Below, piece by piece: positions 39,341 through 51,863 of a stretch of DNA of 64,000 nt. A model generated the notes under the pieces. That model was not told where the DNA came from, ran no database searches, and worked only from the letters and a program-made list of their open reading frames with translations. Both the position numbers and the translations under genes were made by a program. This stretch comes from Octopus sinensis. Its lineage: Eukaryota. Positions within the stretch are counted from its first letter, which is position 1, and every line of letters begins with the position of its first letter. The stretch lies in contig NC_043004.1 in the NCBI RefSeq assembly GCF_006345805.1, positions 15,314,001 through 15,378,000 on the forward strand. The letters run 5' to 3'.

Positions 39341-39444
39341 AACAACCAAGATGAGGACAAATATCCGTCAAATGTAAATAATGTAAATAATGTACATAAT
39401 TCCTCAAGTTTTAAATATAAAACTCTTCTTTCTATTCTTTTCCA

Positions 39445-40143
39445 GTCTTTTATTTGTTGCAGTCATTTGACTGTGGCCATGCTGGAGCACCAACTTTAGT
39501 CTAGTAAATCGACCCCAGGACTTATTCTTTGTACGCCTAGTACTTATTCTATCGGTATATATTGCCGAATGCTAAGTTACAGGGACGTAAACACACCAGC
39601 ATCGCTTATCAAGCGATGCTGCGGGGAAAACATAGACACACATATATATACATACATACATACACACACACACATATATATATATATTAGGGCAGCGGAT
39701 TCGCGGTCGTAGGATCGCGGTTTCGATTTCCAGACCAGGCGTTGTGAGTGTTTATTGAGCAAAAACACCTAATTCTCCACGAGGCTCCGGCAGGAGGTGG
39801 TGGCGATCCCTGCTGTACTCTTTCGCCACAACTTTCTCTCACTCTTTCTTCTGTTGGCCTGCTCGCTTAACCAGCGGGGTGGCGTCATTTGAAGGCTAAA
39901 ACAATGCGAAACGCATTGTGACCTTCGATGTGTAACAACATCTAATAGCCTGGTCGGTCACAATGCGTCGTATATATATATATATACGACGGTCTTCTTT
40001 CAGTTTTCGTCTACCAAATCCATTCACAAGGACTTGGTCGGTCCGAGGCTATAGTGGAAGACACCCAAATTACCACGCAGTGGAAGTGAACCCGGAACCA
40101 TGTGGTTGGTAAGCAAGCTACTTACCACACAGCCACACCAGCG
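39445..40143 (-). mobile_element. SINE family B interrupted by a nested family D copy
   Basis: Tail 39445-39680, head 39985-40143; insertion lies within the internal (TA)n. Confidence 0.88.
39688..39968 (+). mobile_element. SINE family D, tail variant 2 (nested)
   Basis: Head shared with 11254/32375; tail ggcctgctcgcttaaccagc...ggtcggtcac shared with 44079-44192. Confidence 0.85.
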
Positions 40144-40449
40144 CGATTGTGTACGTTCTCTAAATATTACTCTCAAATGAAGCCTACATGAAAAAGCAAG
40201 ACCAAAGGTAGGAAAGAAAAGAGAAATTAGTGCTTTGAGGACTCCACTTTAGATCTGACACAGAAAGATTATATTTTCACTAATATAGATGTGTGGGTTG
40301 CTCTGGCAACGCGATAATACTTGTACGATTTCACTTGTAGAAACACAAAATGATAAGTTAATGAAAATACATACAAATAGCTACCAAGCACACAAATATA
40401 AGCAATCGTTATATATTTTCCTAGAAGCTAAATTGTACGTTTAGAAGCA

Positions 40450-40710
40450 CACCTTCCGTTACGATGATGAAATTTCAGTTGATCTGATCAACAGAATAGA
40501 TTGTTCGTGATATTAAGTGGCTGAGCACTACACAGACTTAACTTTGTTCTCAGTGAGATTCAGCCTCAAAGAGAATGTGAGAAGGCTGATCCTTTCAATT
40601 ACGTACAACATACTTTTTGCCTGCTGCGGGGACTGGAGCAACTTGAACTAAAATGTTTTTCTGTAGGACTCTGCCGGGAAAGGAACTCGCGACCGTACGT
40701 GGTCGTGATC
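40450..40710 (-). mobile_element. SINE family C, tail variant 2
   Basis: Reverse-complement homolog of 8125-8430. Confidence 0.75.
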
Positions 40711-41229
40711 TAAATACCGTAACCACATTCCTTATAATAGGCGCTGCAATGGCATAATTTTTGTGAGTAAAATGTTGTGAGAAACCTAAAAGCAATGAGT
40801 AAACCATAGAGGCAAAGAAAATACATGACCAAAAACTGGGAAAATGTTACAGGGTTGCTATTGACAAACGACAAAAGACAGAGAGACTAATATAGAAAGA
40901 TTGAAAGAGTGGAGAGGGAGAGAAAAAGAGGGAGATGGCGAGTGAGAGAGAGAAAGAGTCTCTGAAACCGACTAAATAATAGAATCATGAGATGAAATGA
41001 TTCTCGGTTGCAAAAGTGGATGAAAACCTTTCCTTCGCATACAGAAAAAATATGCATGATGAAGTAGAATACCGTCCTTTTTGTTTTTGCCCAAAGTACT
41101 TTGATGGGGCATGTGGTTTTGTAGAGATTAAGCCCAACCAGGATAAGCGATATGATATATTTTCACAAGTGAAGGTCTGTGAGCAAAAATAAACCACTAG
41201 GCTTGTAGCTACCCAGTATTAATGATGAC

Positions 41230-41775
41230 CGAATGCATCAATTATGATGCGTTTGGGCTTTCATTCACTGCCATATGTTTCAGCATTATAAAAGAGGTGG
41301 TATAAATATGCAGCAGGAAAAAAAAACTCAAAGAATGCCATTTTCCCAAGTCTCACCAGAAATATACTCTGGAATAATGAAACCTATAATGACAAACAGA
41401 ACACACGCAGTCGATATGATATTGTTATCAGGAACGAAACGATAAAGAAATGCTTCATAGCAAGGTAAAGACATGCCTCCTAATTGAAGCATCAATCCCA
41501 AAAGATGTTAATAGATCTCTGAAGTAAATTGGGAAAGTATCCAAATAAATATATCTGAAAATGTTGGAAACCAGAATACGGAGACTGGATACAGAACCAA
41601 TCCTTATAATAACAGTTTCGTTGTAATTGATTTAAGAAAAAAAAATAAGCAGAACCGAAGCAAAACACGGAATGGATCCACAGCATGCACGCAGCTGCGC
41701 TTGTTAGCGCTATGAAAGCCCGAACATAGAAAAAAAATAATGATGATAATAAAGATGATGATGATGATGATGCGA
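41230..41775 (+). mobile_element. Decayed R4/Dong-like RLE endonuclease fragment ending in (AAT/GAT)n
   Basis: NILWNNETYNDKQNTRSRYDIVIRN / TCLLIEASIPKDVN, cf. ILWD...RPDIV...LIDVSIPxDxN. Confidence 0.7.
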
Positions 41776-43667
41776 AAAAATTAAAAATAAACCAAAAAAA
41801 GAATGAAAAGAAGAATGCAAATTATTTAAAAAGAAGTATGATGGTGAATATGACGACGACGGCGACGATGCTTGCGATGTGCTTAAAGAAGAAAGAAGTG
41901 TAAGAAAGAAAGTTTGATAAGGAAAAAAAACGATAACGAAGAGGAAAACAGAACCAAAAAATACATGAACATTCTAATAAAATCATTAGATAATATGCTG
42001 TACCAATTTGTATTAAGAGCATTTAATAATTTTGAGTGAAAGTACTCAACCTTCATTAGTTAATAGGTAGAAAGGCTTCTTCGTATTGAAACAGATTGAG
42101 AATACAGCACCAATATCGCTACGATTTTTAGTATTGTTTTTAAATGTTCAACTTGTTAACTACGTTTTCTAACATTAGAGGCAGATAAAACAATTCCTAT
42201 TTCCATTACGTTATTGGTTCTTCCTTTCGTATTTCAGTTTGAGCATACTCATGAAGAATACTTGTAGTCTGCAAGTTGAAAGAAAATTCAGCATACCTTC
42301 GTATTAGTATAATTTAATAACGGAATATATTGTAATTTTAGATTCAAGCACGTCTTTTGAGATTTAGAAGTTTCGCTTCTCAAAGATTTATGTGCCTCTC
42401 ATAATAATGGTGAAGATGATTTACATCTTAATGATTGATATGTTTCTGCTTTTAAATATTGACATGCTCACACTTTTAAACATTTCTACATAAAATTTTA
42501 AAAAACCTTCCAACACAGCAATGTTTCCTCCCACCCTACCATACAGGATGGGAAATTAATCAATCAGTCTAGTTTGTACCTTTACAAGACCATCATAACA
42601 AAAATAATATTCACTTTCATTCCATAGAATGATTAGTGGCTGACGGCTACATATGGTGTATATATGGTGTTATGATGCGCAGATGTAAACGCGTCTGTCT
42701 GATTTGCATAATGTGAATTAGATCATTTATAATTAGCTGCACAGCATGTAGGGTAATGTTGATATTTTTTATACTTCGAAATATAAGATTTCTTAAGGAA
42801 TGAATTTTCTTAACTCTCATAAACCTGAAAAACAGGACTGGTGTTTAAACCTCAAAGTTTTATTTCATTGTTGATAGAGAATGTGTTCAATCCTTGACAT
42901 AAAAATAAAGCTATCTTAACATAACTAGACATTTTTCAGATTTTTAAACTTTTATGCCCTTGAGCAGATGATAATCGCTCGCAGAACTGCGCTGTTTAAA
43001 TTTTACAGTGAACACGAATTATGCGTATATTGGAAACGTATAATTTACACTTCAGTTTATGCAAGAAGCTTTGGTACAATAAAGTTTAAATAAATTAATC
43101 CACTTTGTCAGCGCCTGTACTGTCTTGCAAATTAACAAATTGGCAGAAAGCGATATATTGTAATTACTCCTTCTTGTAAAAACTTTGAAAGTGAAAGTGG
43201 ACAAGCAGCGCTTTAAGTATACTAGCTACAGATTAATGAACGTATGTACTAGCTATAGATTAAATGAACATATTAATAAACTAGATAAAACATGACAGAA
43301 AAGCCATAAACTACAAAATAACATGTTACGACATATCAAAAATTATTAGCGGCATAATGAACAACAAACTGTAAGTACGTAAAATCGTGACCAATTTGAT
43401 AAGAAATGTATCTGACAGATTATACTGCTATCATGAAATGCGTAAAATCTGCAATACCGCTTGTTATATATATTTCCGAAACAATCGCGCCCGTCGGGTC
43501 TGTAGGCATATAAAACAAGATACACAATTGCAGTGACTCGAAGAATTATTTTTTTGCCTCATACTTATTATATCGGGCTCCTTTGCTAAACCGTCAGATT
43601 ATGGGTGCCTAAATACACTGGGTGGATTTAGTAGATGTAAACTGAAAGGAGCTTCTCGTATATATGC

Positions 43668-43707
<40 letters not shown>

Positions 43708-43710
<3 letters not shown>

Positions 43711-44047
43711 TCAGGCGCATGGCTCAGTGGTTAGAGCGTCGAGCTTACGATCGTGAGGTTGTGAGCTCGAATCCCGGACCGGCCTGGGTGTTGTGTTCTT
43801 GAGCAAGGCACTTTATTTCACGTTGCTCCAGTTCACTCAGCTGTAGAAATGAGTTGCGACGTCACTGGTGCCAAGCTGTATCGACCTTTGTCTTTCCCTT
43901 GGATAACACTGGTGGCGTGCAGAGGGGAGGCTGGTATGCATGGGCGACTGCTGGTCTTCCATAAACAACCGTGCCCGGACTTGTGTCTAGGAGGGTAACT
44001 TTCTAGGTGCAATCCCATGGTCATTCATGACCGAAGGGGGTCTTTAC

Positions 44048-44051
<4 letters not shown>
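43708..44051 (+). mobile_element. SINE family C, full length, inserted in (TA)n
   Basis: A box tggctcagtgg, B-box-like gagctcgaatcc, core gttcttgagcaaggcacttt; (TA)n on both sides. Confidence 0.9.
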
Positions 44052-44078
<27 letters not shown>

Positions 44079-44082
<4 letters not shown>

Positions 44083-44192
44083 CCTGCTCACTTAGCCAGC
44101 AGGGTGGCGTCATTTGAAGGCTAAAACAATGTCAAGCGCATTGTGACCAGCGATGTGTAGCAACATCTAATAGCCTGGTCGGTCACGGTGAT
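44079..44192 (+). mobile_element. 5'-truncated family D tail variant 2 in (TA)n
   Basis: Homologous to ~39855-39968. Confidence 0.85.
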
Positions 44193-44227
44193 GTAAATAT
44201 ATATATATATATATTCATACACATATG

Positions 44228-44290
<63 letters not shown>

Positions 44291-44294
44291 GTTT

Positions 44295-44983
44295 AAATAT
44301 TTGTTGTGCAAGATTTTTTATGTGAAGTCGTGTGTTGAAACAGATATTGTTATATTTCGGAATGGTCATTTTGCCAGTTTAGCCAATAAAAACACACGCA
44401 CTATATATTTGGTGTTATTTTGCTCCAGTGTTATTTATTTTTTACATTAATCTTAATCTTATTTCGGCCAGAGTTCTTTCGTCACACTCCTGTGACCGCT
44501 TCAGTGGTCCTTTGTTTTCTTCCTTCTTATTTGTGTCTCTCCTTACTAACCGTCAGCCATTTTGTATTTCTATTGTATGTCTTCATTTGCGCATGCTTAT
44601 ATCTCTATGTGCGTCTATGTTTATTTAGTGTGTGTATGTGGGGGGATGTCTGTAATATTTGTATCTTCTGTTTATATACGTTCATGTAATTTGTATTTTG
44701 TTTTTGTTGTTGTTTTTGTTTATTCTTATTTTGTTCATGTGTTTACATCTGCTGATTATTATCATTACATATGCTTGTATGTATGTATGTATAACAACAA
44801 TACTACTACTAATAATAATAAATCTAATCCAAAAAAAAATATATATATAGTTATTTATTTTTATTTGTTTATTTATCTGTGTATTTATTATGTTTTCGGG
44901 ATCCTCTATCGTCATATGTTGTGGTGTGTGCTAGTGCTCCATTCTAGTTGACTAAACTGGCAAAATGACCATTCCGAAATATA
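44295..44983 (-). mobile_element. HHR-bearing element with a 36-bp inverted repeat
   Basis: 44351-44386 / 44948-44983 with 1 mismatch; (TA)n at both ends; HHR-like motif at 44466-44510. Confidence 0.7.
44466..44510 (-). ncRNA. Type I hammerhead motif with one core substitution (A9 to C)
   Basis: ggacca CTGAAGc g gtcac-aggagt-gtgac GAAA g aa c TC tggcc. Confidence 0.6.
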
Positions 44984-45304
44984 TATATTATATAACGATG
45001 AATAGCTTTGCGTAAACCATGGTCCGTTCTGTTCACTTACTTTATTATCATCTTATAATAATCTCATAATAATGACTTTTATGACTCGTATTACTACCGC
45101 AGTCAATCTAAGTGTATATTTTTGTCGTTACCTGTCATAAATAGCCTTTTTTGATTTGCATATACATATGTGTTTGTGCATGCGCGAGTGTGCGTATGTG
45201 TTTTTTGTCTGTGTTTGAGCGTCATCACCGCTTGACAACCAATGTTGCTATGTCTACGCCCCGTAACTTAAGCATAAATATATATTCTATCTCATCTATA
45301 TATT

Positions 45305-45346
<42 letters not shown>

Positions 45347-45881
45347 AAAAAATTTAAGTTCGAAAATGCTGCTATATTATACAATTTTTAATTTTCATAT
45401 ATACATTATAACATGTTTCAGTTCCTGAAATGAACCTTATCAAAAAAAGTTATATATAAAAAAAGACAGCTCATGCCGTCAAACACAAGAAATTCATTTA
45501 TAATACACAACGGAGTCAGACATCTTAGAGTTCATGTATAGTTGATATATAGTTTGAAGTAAGTTCATTCATGCTATATGTTCAAAGTGTTCGATGCAGT
45601 GGCCCACAGTGGCGATACGTATTCAATACAAAAAACATAAACATATATATATATATATAATATATATATATATAAATGTTGCATTTCCTCGCTTTCGGTG
45701 AAGTAGTTTGACTTTAGAGTCCCATTACACCGTGTGCATAATAGCCCTTAATATAATTAATGTATTTATATTATATACTTGTTTAAATTTTTTCCTCGAC
45801 TTTCACGCTGGCTACTTCACATATTCTTCAATAAATTTTATCCTTATATGTTGTAGATAGATAGATAGATGCATATATATG

Positions 45882-45948
<67 letters not shown>

Positions 45949-46629
45949 CAAGCATAAAACTGGGTGTTTGTATGTTGGTGTGGTGTATAAATGATTTTCA
46001 GTTAGACTTTGAAAATAACCCATTTTACTTTTGTTAATGTATATTATCCAGATTAGTGGTTTGTAGCACAATACAGTGTTAATGGAATACTATATTCAAT
46101 GTTTGCTTGTTCTCAGAAGATTTATCTTCTCATGTATTGTCTTCGGTTCATTAATTATATATAGGAAGACGTTTACATATTCGAAGCCTGCCTAAGAAAG
46201 TACTTACATTGCGGTAGAATCCAATTAACGACAAAGCACACATTGACAACGAAACCATTTCTCTAGAATTGTTCTCACTTGGCTTCATCAGTATTTTTCG
46301 TCAAAATGGGCAAATGTAATCATAGAATATCTAAATATGTGACGTCACTATTTGTACACATATGTTACAATTTTCACCTGAGGCTTCAAAGCAAATATTC
46401 CCCAAAAGATGATACAAAATTCGTTTTAACTATATCGTTAACCTTTGGTACATAACATGGTATTAATCATCTGTATTATGTTTTTCGTGCAGAATTTGTA
46501 AATAAACACGTGAGTTCATACATACATACATACATACATACAGACAGACAGACATACTTACATACATACGTACATACATACGTACATACGTACGTACGTA
46601 CATACACACATACATACATACATATATAT

Positions 46630-47030
46630 GCTGAACTATTGAGATATCTGCAGTTATTCTATACAGATTATAAATTCATGTTTATACCTTTGATAATTGG
46701 GGCCCTGGGATATGTAACACACTGCCTAAATACCAATCTTGAAAAATTAGGCTTCTCAAAACTAGAAAGGAAAAAGCTGATTCGAAGACTACCAATCCAA
46801 TCCATCATTGGAGCTGTTAATAAATGTAAACCTTTCTACGTGTAGATATGCAAGGATATGCATGAGAGGACATAAATAAAACAATACATACAAATTTGCA
46901 CATGTACATACAAACTAAATAACCTGTTGAAATTCCAATGAAGCGCCTTGGATCTAAGAAAGCGTCTCTTTCTCTATTGGCAAAAAGATCTTGAAATAAG
47001 ACTGAATAATGACATACAAACATATATGCA
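46630..47030 (+). mobile_element. 5'-truncated RLE non-LTR retrotransposon (R4-like) 3' end in (TACA)n
   Basis: AELLRYLQLFYTDYKFMFIPLIIGALGYVTHCLNTNLEKLGFS...LIRRLPIQSIIGAV; upstream (TACA)n and downstream acatacaaacata. Confidence 0.8.
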
Positions 47031-47056
47031 TATGTATTCATATACGTATCATTCAT

Positions 47057-47087
<31 letters not shown>

Positions 47088-47108
47088 CTATAATATATTA
47101 TATATTAT

Positions 47109-47141
<33 letters not shown>

Positions 47142-47279
47142 GTATATGCATGTGTGTGTATACATGTATGTGTGAGTGAGTGTATGTATATTACTTCAAT
47201 TCCGAATGCTGAATACGCTTTATTTTAGAATGATAATGAAATATATTTATTTTATCCGTGTTTGCTCGGAGCTGGTGGA

Positions 47280-47470
47280 TGTGTGTCGAAAATATTTCCG
47301 GACCAAAATACTTCTCTGCCTGATTTCAAATACCATTGAAGTCAACATTGTCTTTTATCCTTTTGGTGTCAATAAAAATAAGTATCTGTCAAGTATTGAG
47401 GTCAATTATATCGATTACTTTTTCCCTTCTAAATATTCCTGGATTGCTGCCCAAGTTAAAAACCATTATA
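47280..47470 (+). mobile_element. SINE family A, old and decayed
   Basis: ttcaaataccattgaagtcaacattgtcttttatccttttggtgtcaataaaaataagta. Confidence 0.6.
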
Positions 47471-48641
47471 TTGTCAAACTGAATGCATATGTGTACAAAA
47501 CTAAAACGGTAAATGTCTCCATAACGGTAGATATTTCATACGGCTGGTCATTCGCCTTCTTAGCAAAATCGTTATCATATAAATCATAAAATGAGATAGA
47601 AAGAAAAACACTTATCAAATTTTAGATCGAAACTCGTAAAGTTTATTTTTGGGTGTCTCCATAAATTTACTTGATATTCTGGTTTATTTATACTTTAAAT
47701 GCAAATTTAAATCGAACAATAGCTACAGCAACAACAAAAGAGCATCAGTAACAATAAAGAAAATTAATTCATCTGACTTTACCTTCGGTGAGACTTTTAC
47801 AGCCTAAATTTGATCATAGTGTTTTGAAAAAGTATTTAGTCGATGAGGGAGTTCGATGAAAAGGTAAACTAAAAACAAAGGGTCATATGGTCTTTGCATG
47901 TCAGATGACATGTCAGATGAAAACGTAACTGAAAACTATTGCGAAAGAGAAAAGTATTTGCGTAGTCGCTCGACCTGGTTAGAAATAGAAGCTAAACCTC
48001 TGTCAAATCAAACTCCCTCTCTGTCAGAATAAATGAGTTGATGCCTCCGTTACAGTTGATCTCACGAAAGGAAAGATAGATGCTATAAACTGTTATGCCA
48101 ATTGTTATACAGGTGCGTATGTCTCTTTGAGTTAATGGGTGCATCTGTATGAGGAAGAGAGTATGTTTATATATTAAAACAAACTGAGACGATGAAGATA
48201 TAAAATGTAATGCATGCCCTAAAGATTATCTGCAAAGTCTGTAAATGTTATGTAGTATATGTTTCAGTAGCTGACATGGTATTCTTAATCGAAATCTTAA
48301 ATCAAATTGTTGCAATTCATAAGGGAAATATTAGTGTACGCATACATAAAAAAAACGTGTTACGTGCAAGCGTGCATACGAGGGGTGTATGAAGTTTTGA
48401 GCCTTCAAGACCTTTGAGCCTTGAAGTCTTGTACCATTTTTGGGGTTTTTTTTTAGGCTAAGGACTTTTCATACACATCTTGTATATATGCGCAGAATCA
48501 CACACCTACACGTACACAATTTCATACACCCAAACGCGCAGAAAAATTATATATGTATATGTATACAAATATATAAATAAATATATATATATATATATAT
48601 CTATTATATATATATATATATATAGATGTATACATACATAT

Positions 48642-48682
<41 letters not shown>

Positions 48683-49037
48683 CGTGTGTACATTCATGTA
48701 TGTTACGCGACCATTAAATAGAAATATGTGAAAGTCAGTTGCATATTTGAGGTAGACGTAGCAAGGAATATCTGAAGCACTTGACAAGGTTTACATGCAC
48801 TTTCATCTTTACATCAATTGTATTAACAATTTGTGCATCATCTTGTATGACTCAATGTCTAACTGAATTTATTATGTTGTTGGAGAATAGAGAGGAGAGT
48901 GCTATTTGTGGCAGTCAAATTGAAAAAGACCTTAAGATTAAAGTCAACAGTTAAATATAAGAATCACAAAATCTAAATTTGTAATCAGAGACAGTAAACC
49001 ACTTCGTACAAAACATACAAATTATAATTACGTATTC

Positions 49038-49209
49038 ATATTGTTTCAGTAATTTCACTGCGGCCAGGCTGGAGCACTGAATTTAGTCAAACAAATTGAG
49101 TTATTCTTTGTAAGCCTAGTACTCATTCTAACGATCACTTTTGCCGAACCGCTAAGTTGCGGGGACGTAAACACACTATCATCAGCTGTCAAGAGATGGT
49201 GTCGGAAGA

Positions 49210-49249
<40 letters not shown>

Positions 49250-49265
49250 TATATATATATATATA

Positions 49266-49308
<43 letters not shown>

Positions 49309-49470
49309 CGGGCTTTTTTCAGTTTCCGTCTACCAAATCCACTTACAATGCTTTGGACAGTCCGAGGCTATAGTACAAGACACATGCCCAAGATGCCACG
49401 CATTGGGACTGAACCTATAACCATGTGGTTGTTAAACAAGCTAATTACCACACAGCCACTCCTGCGCCTA
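49038..49470 (-). mobile_element. SINE family B, full length
   Basis: Minus-strand head ggcgcaggagtggctgtgtggt...ggttcagtccc; tail to ~49038. Confidence 0.9.
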
Positions 49471-49639
49471 TATATACTAGTGTATCAGTAAATTAATACA
49501 ATCATGTATACATATGCACACGTGCATAGACAGACTGGAAATTATGATCACGTACGTTCTTGCAATATGTATTCCTAGTACATTAGCTGTTTTCTTTCTT
49601 TGTTTAGCCGAGGAAATGATGACCGATCTAATGATAACC

Positions 49640-49682
49640 CTTCCGTTCACTTAATTATATATTTATATATATATATATATAT

Positions 49683-49720
<38 letters not shown>

Positions 49721-49734
49721 TATATATATTATAT

Positions 49735-49799
<65 letters not shown>

Positions 49800-49860
49800 T
49801 TATATATATATATATATTATATATATATGTATATGTTATATATATAAATGTATGTGTGCT
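49640..49860. repeat. (TA)n microsatellite
   Basis: Direct inspection. Confidence 0.95.
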
Positions 49861-49876
49861 TCTTCAGTGTTTACAT

Positions 49877-50165
49877 ATAGCAGGGGAAAAATAAAAAGTT
49901 ACCAGGGTAGCAGTAATTCACACAAGTAACAAGGATGTAACAACCTATTTATACAGGTAGAAATTCCGGGTTAAGGTGAAATATTTTCGTATAATATAGA
50001 TCAATAAATAAAAGGAGTTAAACGCAAATGTTATTCAAATCCTGTAAATTCCAACATATATTTCGAAGACAACATTGCTTTTATTCCTTCTGGAATAATA
50101 CCAATGTTTTCTTCGAAACATATGTCGGAAGTAAAAGAATTTGAATAACACCTGCGTTTAACTCC

Positions 50166-50170
<5 letters not shown>
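49877..50170. mobile_element. Fold-back element with two outward-facing HHR 3' halves
   Basis: Arms 50014-50077 / 50102-50165; GAAAC atat GTC at 50115-50126; abuts (TA)n. Confidence 0.72.
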
Positions 50171-50204
<34 letters not shown>

Positions 50205-50929
50205 TATATATATGAATATATATCGGTCTGCATTGTGTAATGCATCTTCCATCTTTTTCATTCTGGTTTCAAGACGGTATCATATGGCCTGAGGATTAGT
50301 ACACTGTTATTTCGAGTACCAATATAGATGTTCTTTTATTTAAGTCAACCAATAATCTGGTTGACTTATAATGTGGACGGTTTGCTTAAACTACCTCGTT
50401 CCTGTAGACACATATATCAAAATACAAACTTCAAATGTCAAATTGGATATTGACCTCGTCGTGCGTTCAAGCTTACAGCTACCTGGAAATATAATACGTC
50501 TTCAACGTCATATGCGTGCAACCATCTGTACTTGCGATCTTCCATCTATCCAGTATACACGTGCAGGAATTTAGAAAAGGATATTGTATTGGAAAATAAT
50601 TGAACTGTTATGAAGCGGTGGTGTTCTACTTCCAACAATAAGGTATATACACATACTTTTTCACAATACACGCACATACGTAAGTACATGAGATACATGC
50701 TTAACTACTGACATATATTTCTCATGTCACGCACACAATATCTTAGACTTAAATACGCGAACTCATAAGCACATATTTACATACGCACAATTATAAAGAC
50801 TGATGCATCTGTGTGTAAGTGTATCGACCACATTATCTCTACATTACCATATATACTAGTGTGTGTGTGTATATATATATATGTACTATGTGTATATATA
50901 CATATATATATACACACATATATAACACA

Positions 50930-50963
<34 letters not shown>

Positions 50964-51051
50964 GTACAGACATACATTTATACATATGTCTATATATATC
51001 TATATCTATCTATCCATCTGTATATATGTATATGTATATATACATATATAC

Positions 51052-51118
<67 letters not shown>

Positions 51119-51749
51119 CATATAAATGTATGAATATCATATTATTTCTAGATTCTTTCAATGACTTGACAAGCGGTCATGTATTGATAAATCCAAAGAG
51201 AAAGAAAAATTAAATGCGCATTCTCAAATTAAACGCAAATTTCGAATTAAATGATGCATGGAAACTGAAATAGTTGGCATCCTTTTCTGAAAATCAGATG
51301 ATACGTTATTCGTTTCCAGTCGCTGACTCATCACCACTTATTCATTTCAGATTGCATTGTGTACATTTTCAGTTGTAGAGAGCATTATTTCCTTACAATT
51401 ATTATTTTATTGATTGTCAATGTACTTGTTGAGAATATGGAAACAAAAAAATAGAACTCCGGGAATAGACGTTTATTAAAGTACAAGTTATTGAAGTAGA
51501 GTATTTCTCTAGACTCTTACTTAGAAATTATATATATATACATGTGCATACGCTCACATACAGACACACACATGCACACACACACACACACACACACACC
51601 ACACACACACACACCACACACACACACACCACACACACACACACACACACAAACACATCAGAAACTCCAAAAAGCTTGCTGCTGGTTTGGGTCGGCAAGA
51701 CTATATTACTTTGTAAAACAGATAAAAAGAAGTTCGTGCAGATTTTTGC

Positions 51750-51774
51750 TATAATAATAATGATGATGATGATG

Positions 51775-51863
<89 letters not shown>

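Larger units (their letters stand above)
39006..39415 (+). mobile_element. tRNA-head + (AAT)n + HHR-tail element with an upstream inverted copy of its tail
   Basis: A box 39119-39129, B box 39161-39172, (AAT)n 39190-39247, tail 39248-39415; 39006-39107 is the reverse complement of ~39297-39400. Confidence 0.82.

Noticed and set aside
43715-43790. tRNA-like sequences (also 39110-39185, 32300-32375)
   Set aside because: SINE heads: no good acceptor stem and they continue into SINE bodies
48749-48770. TGAGGTAG let-7-like seed
   Set aside because: Only the first 8 nt match and no precursor hairpin is seen
51300-51345. Minus-strand gTGATGA gtc-agc-gac tg GAAAC...GTA
   Set aside because: C3 missing, extra bases, and stem I does not pair
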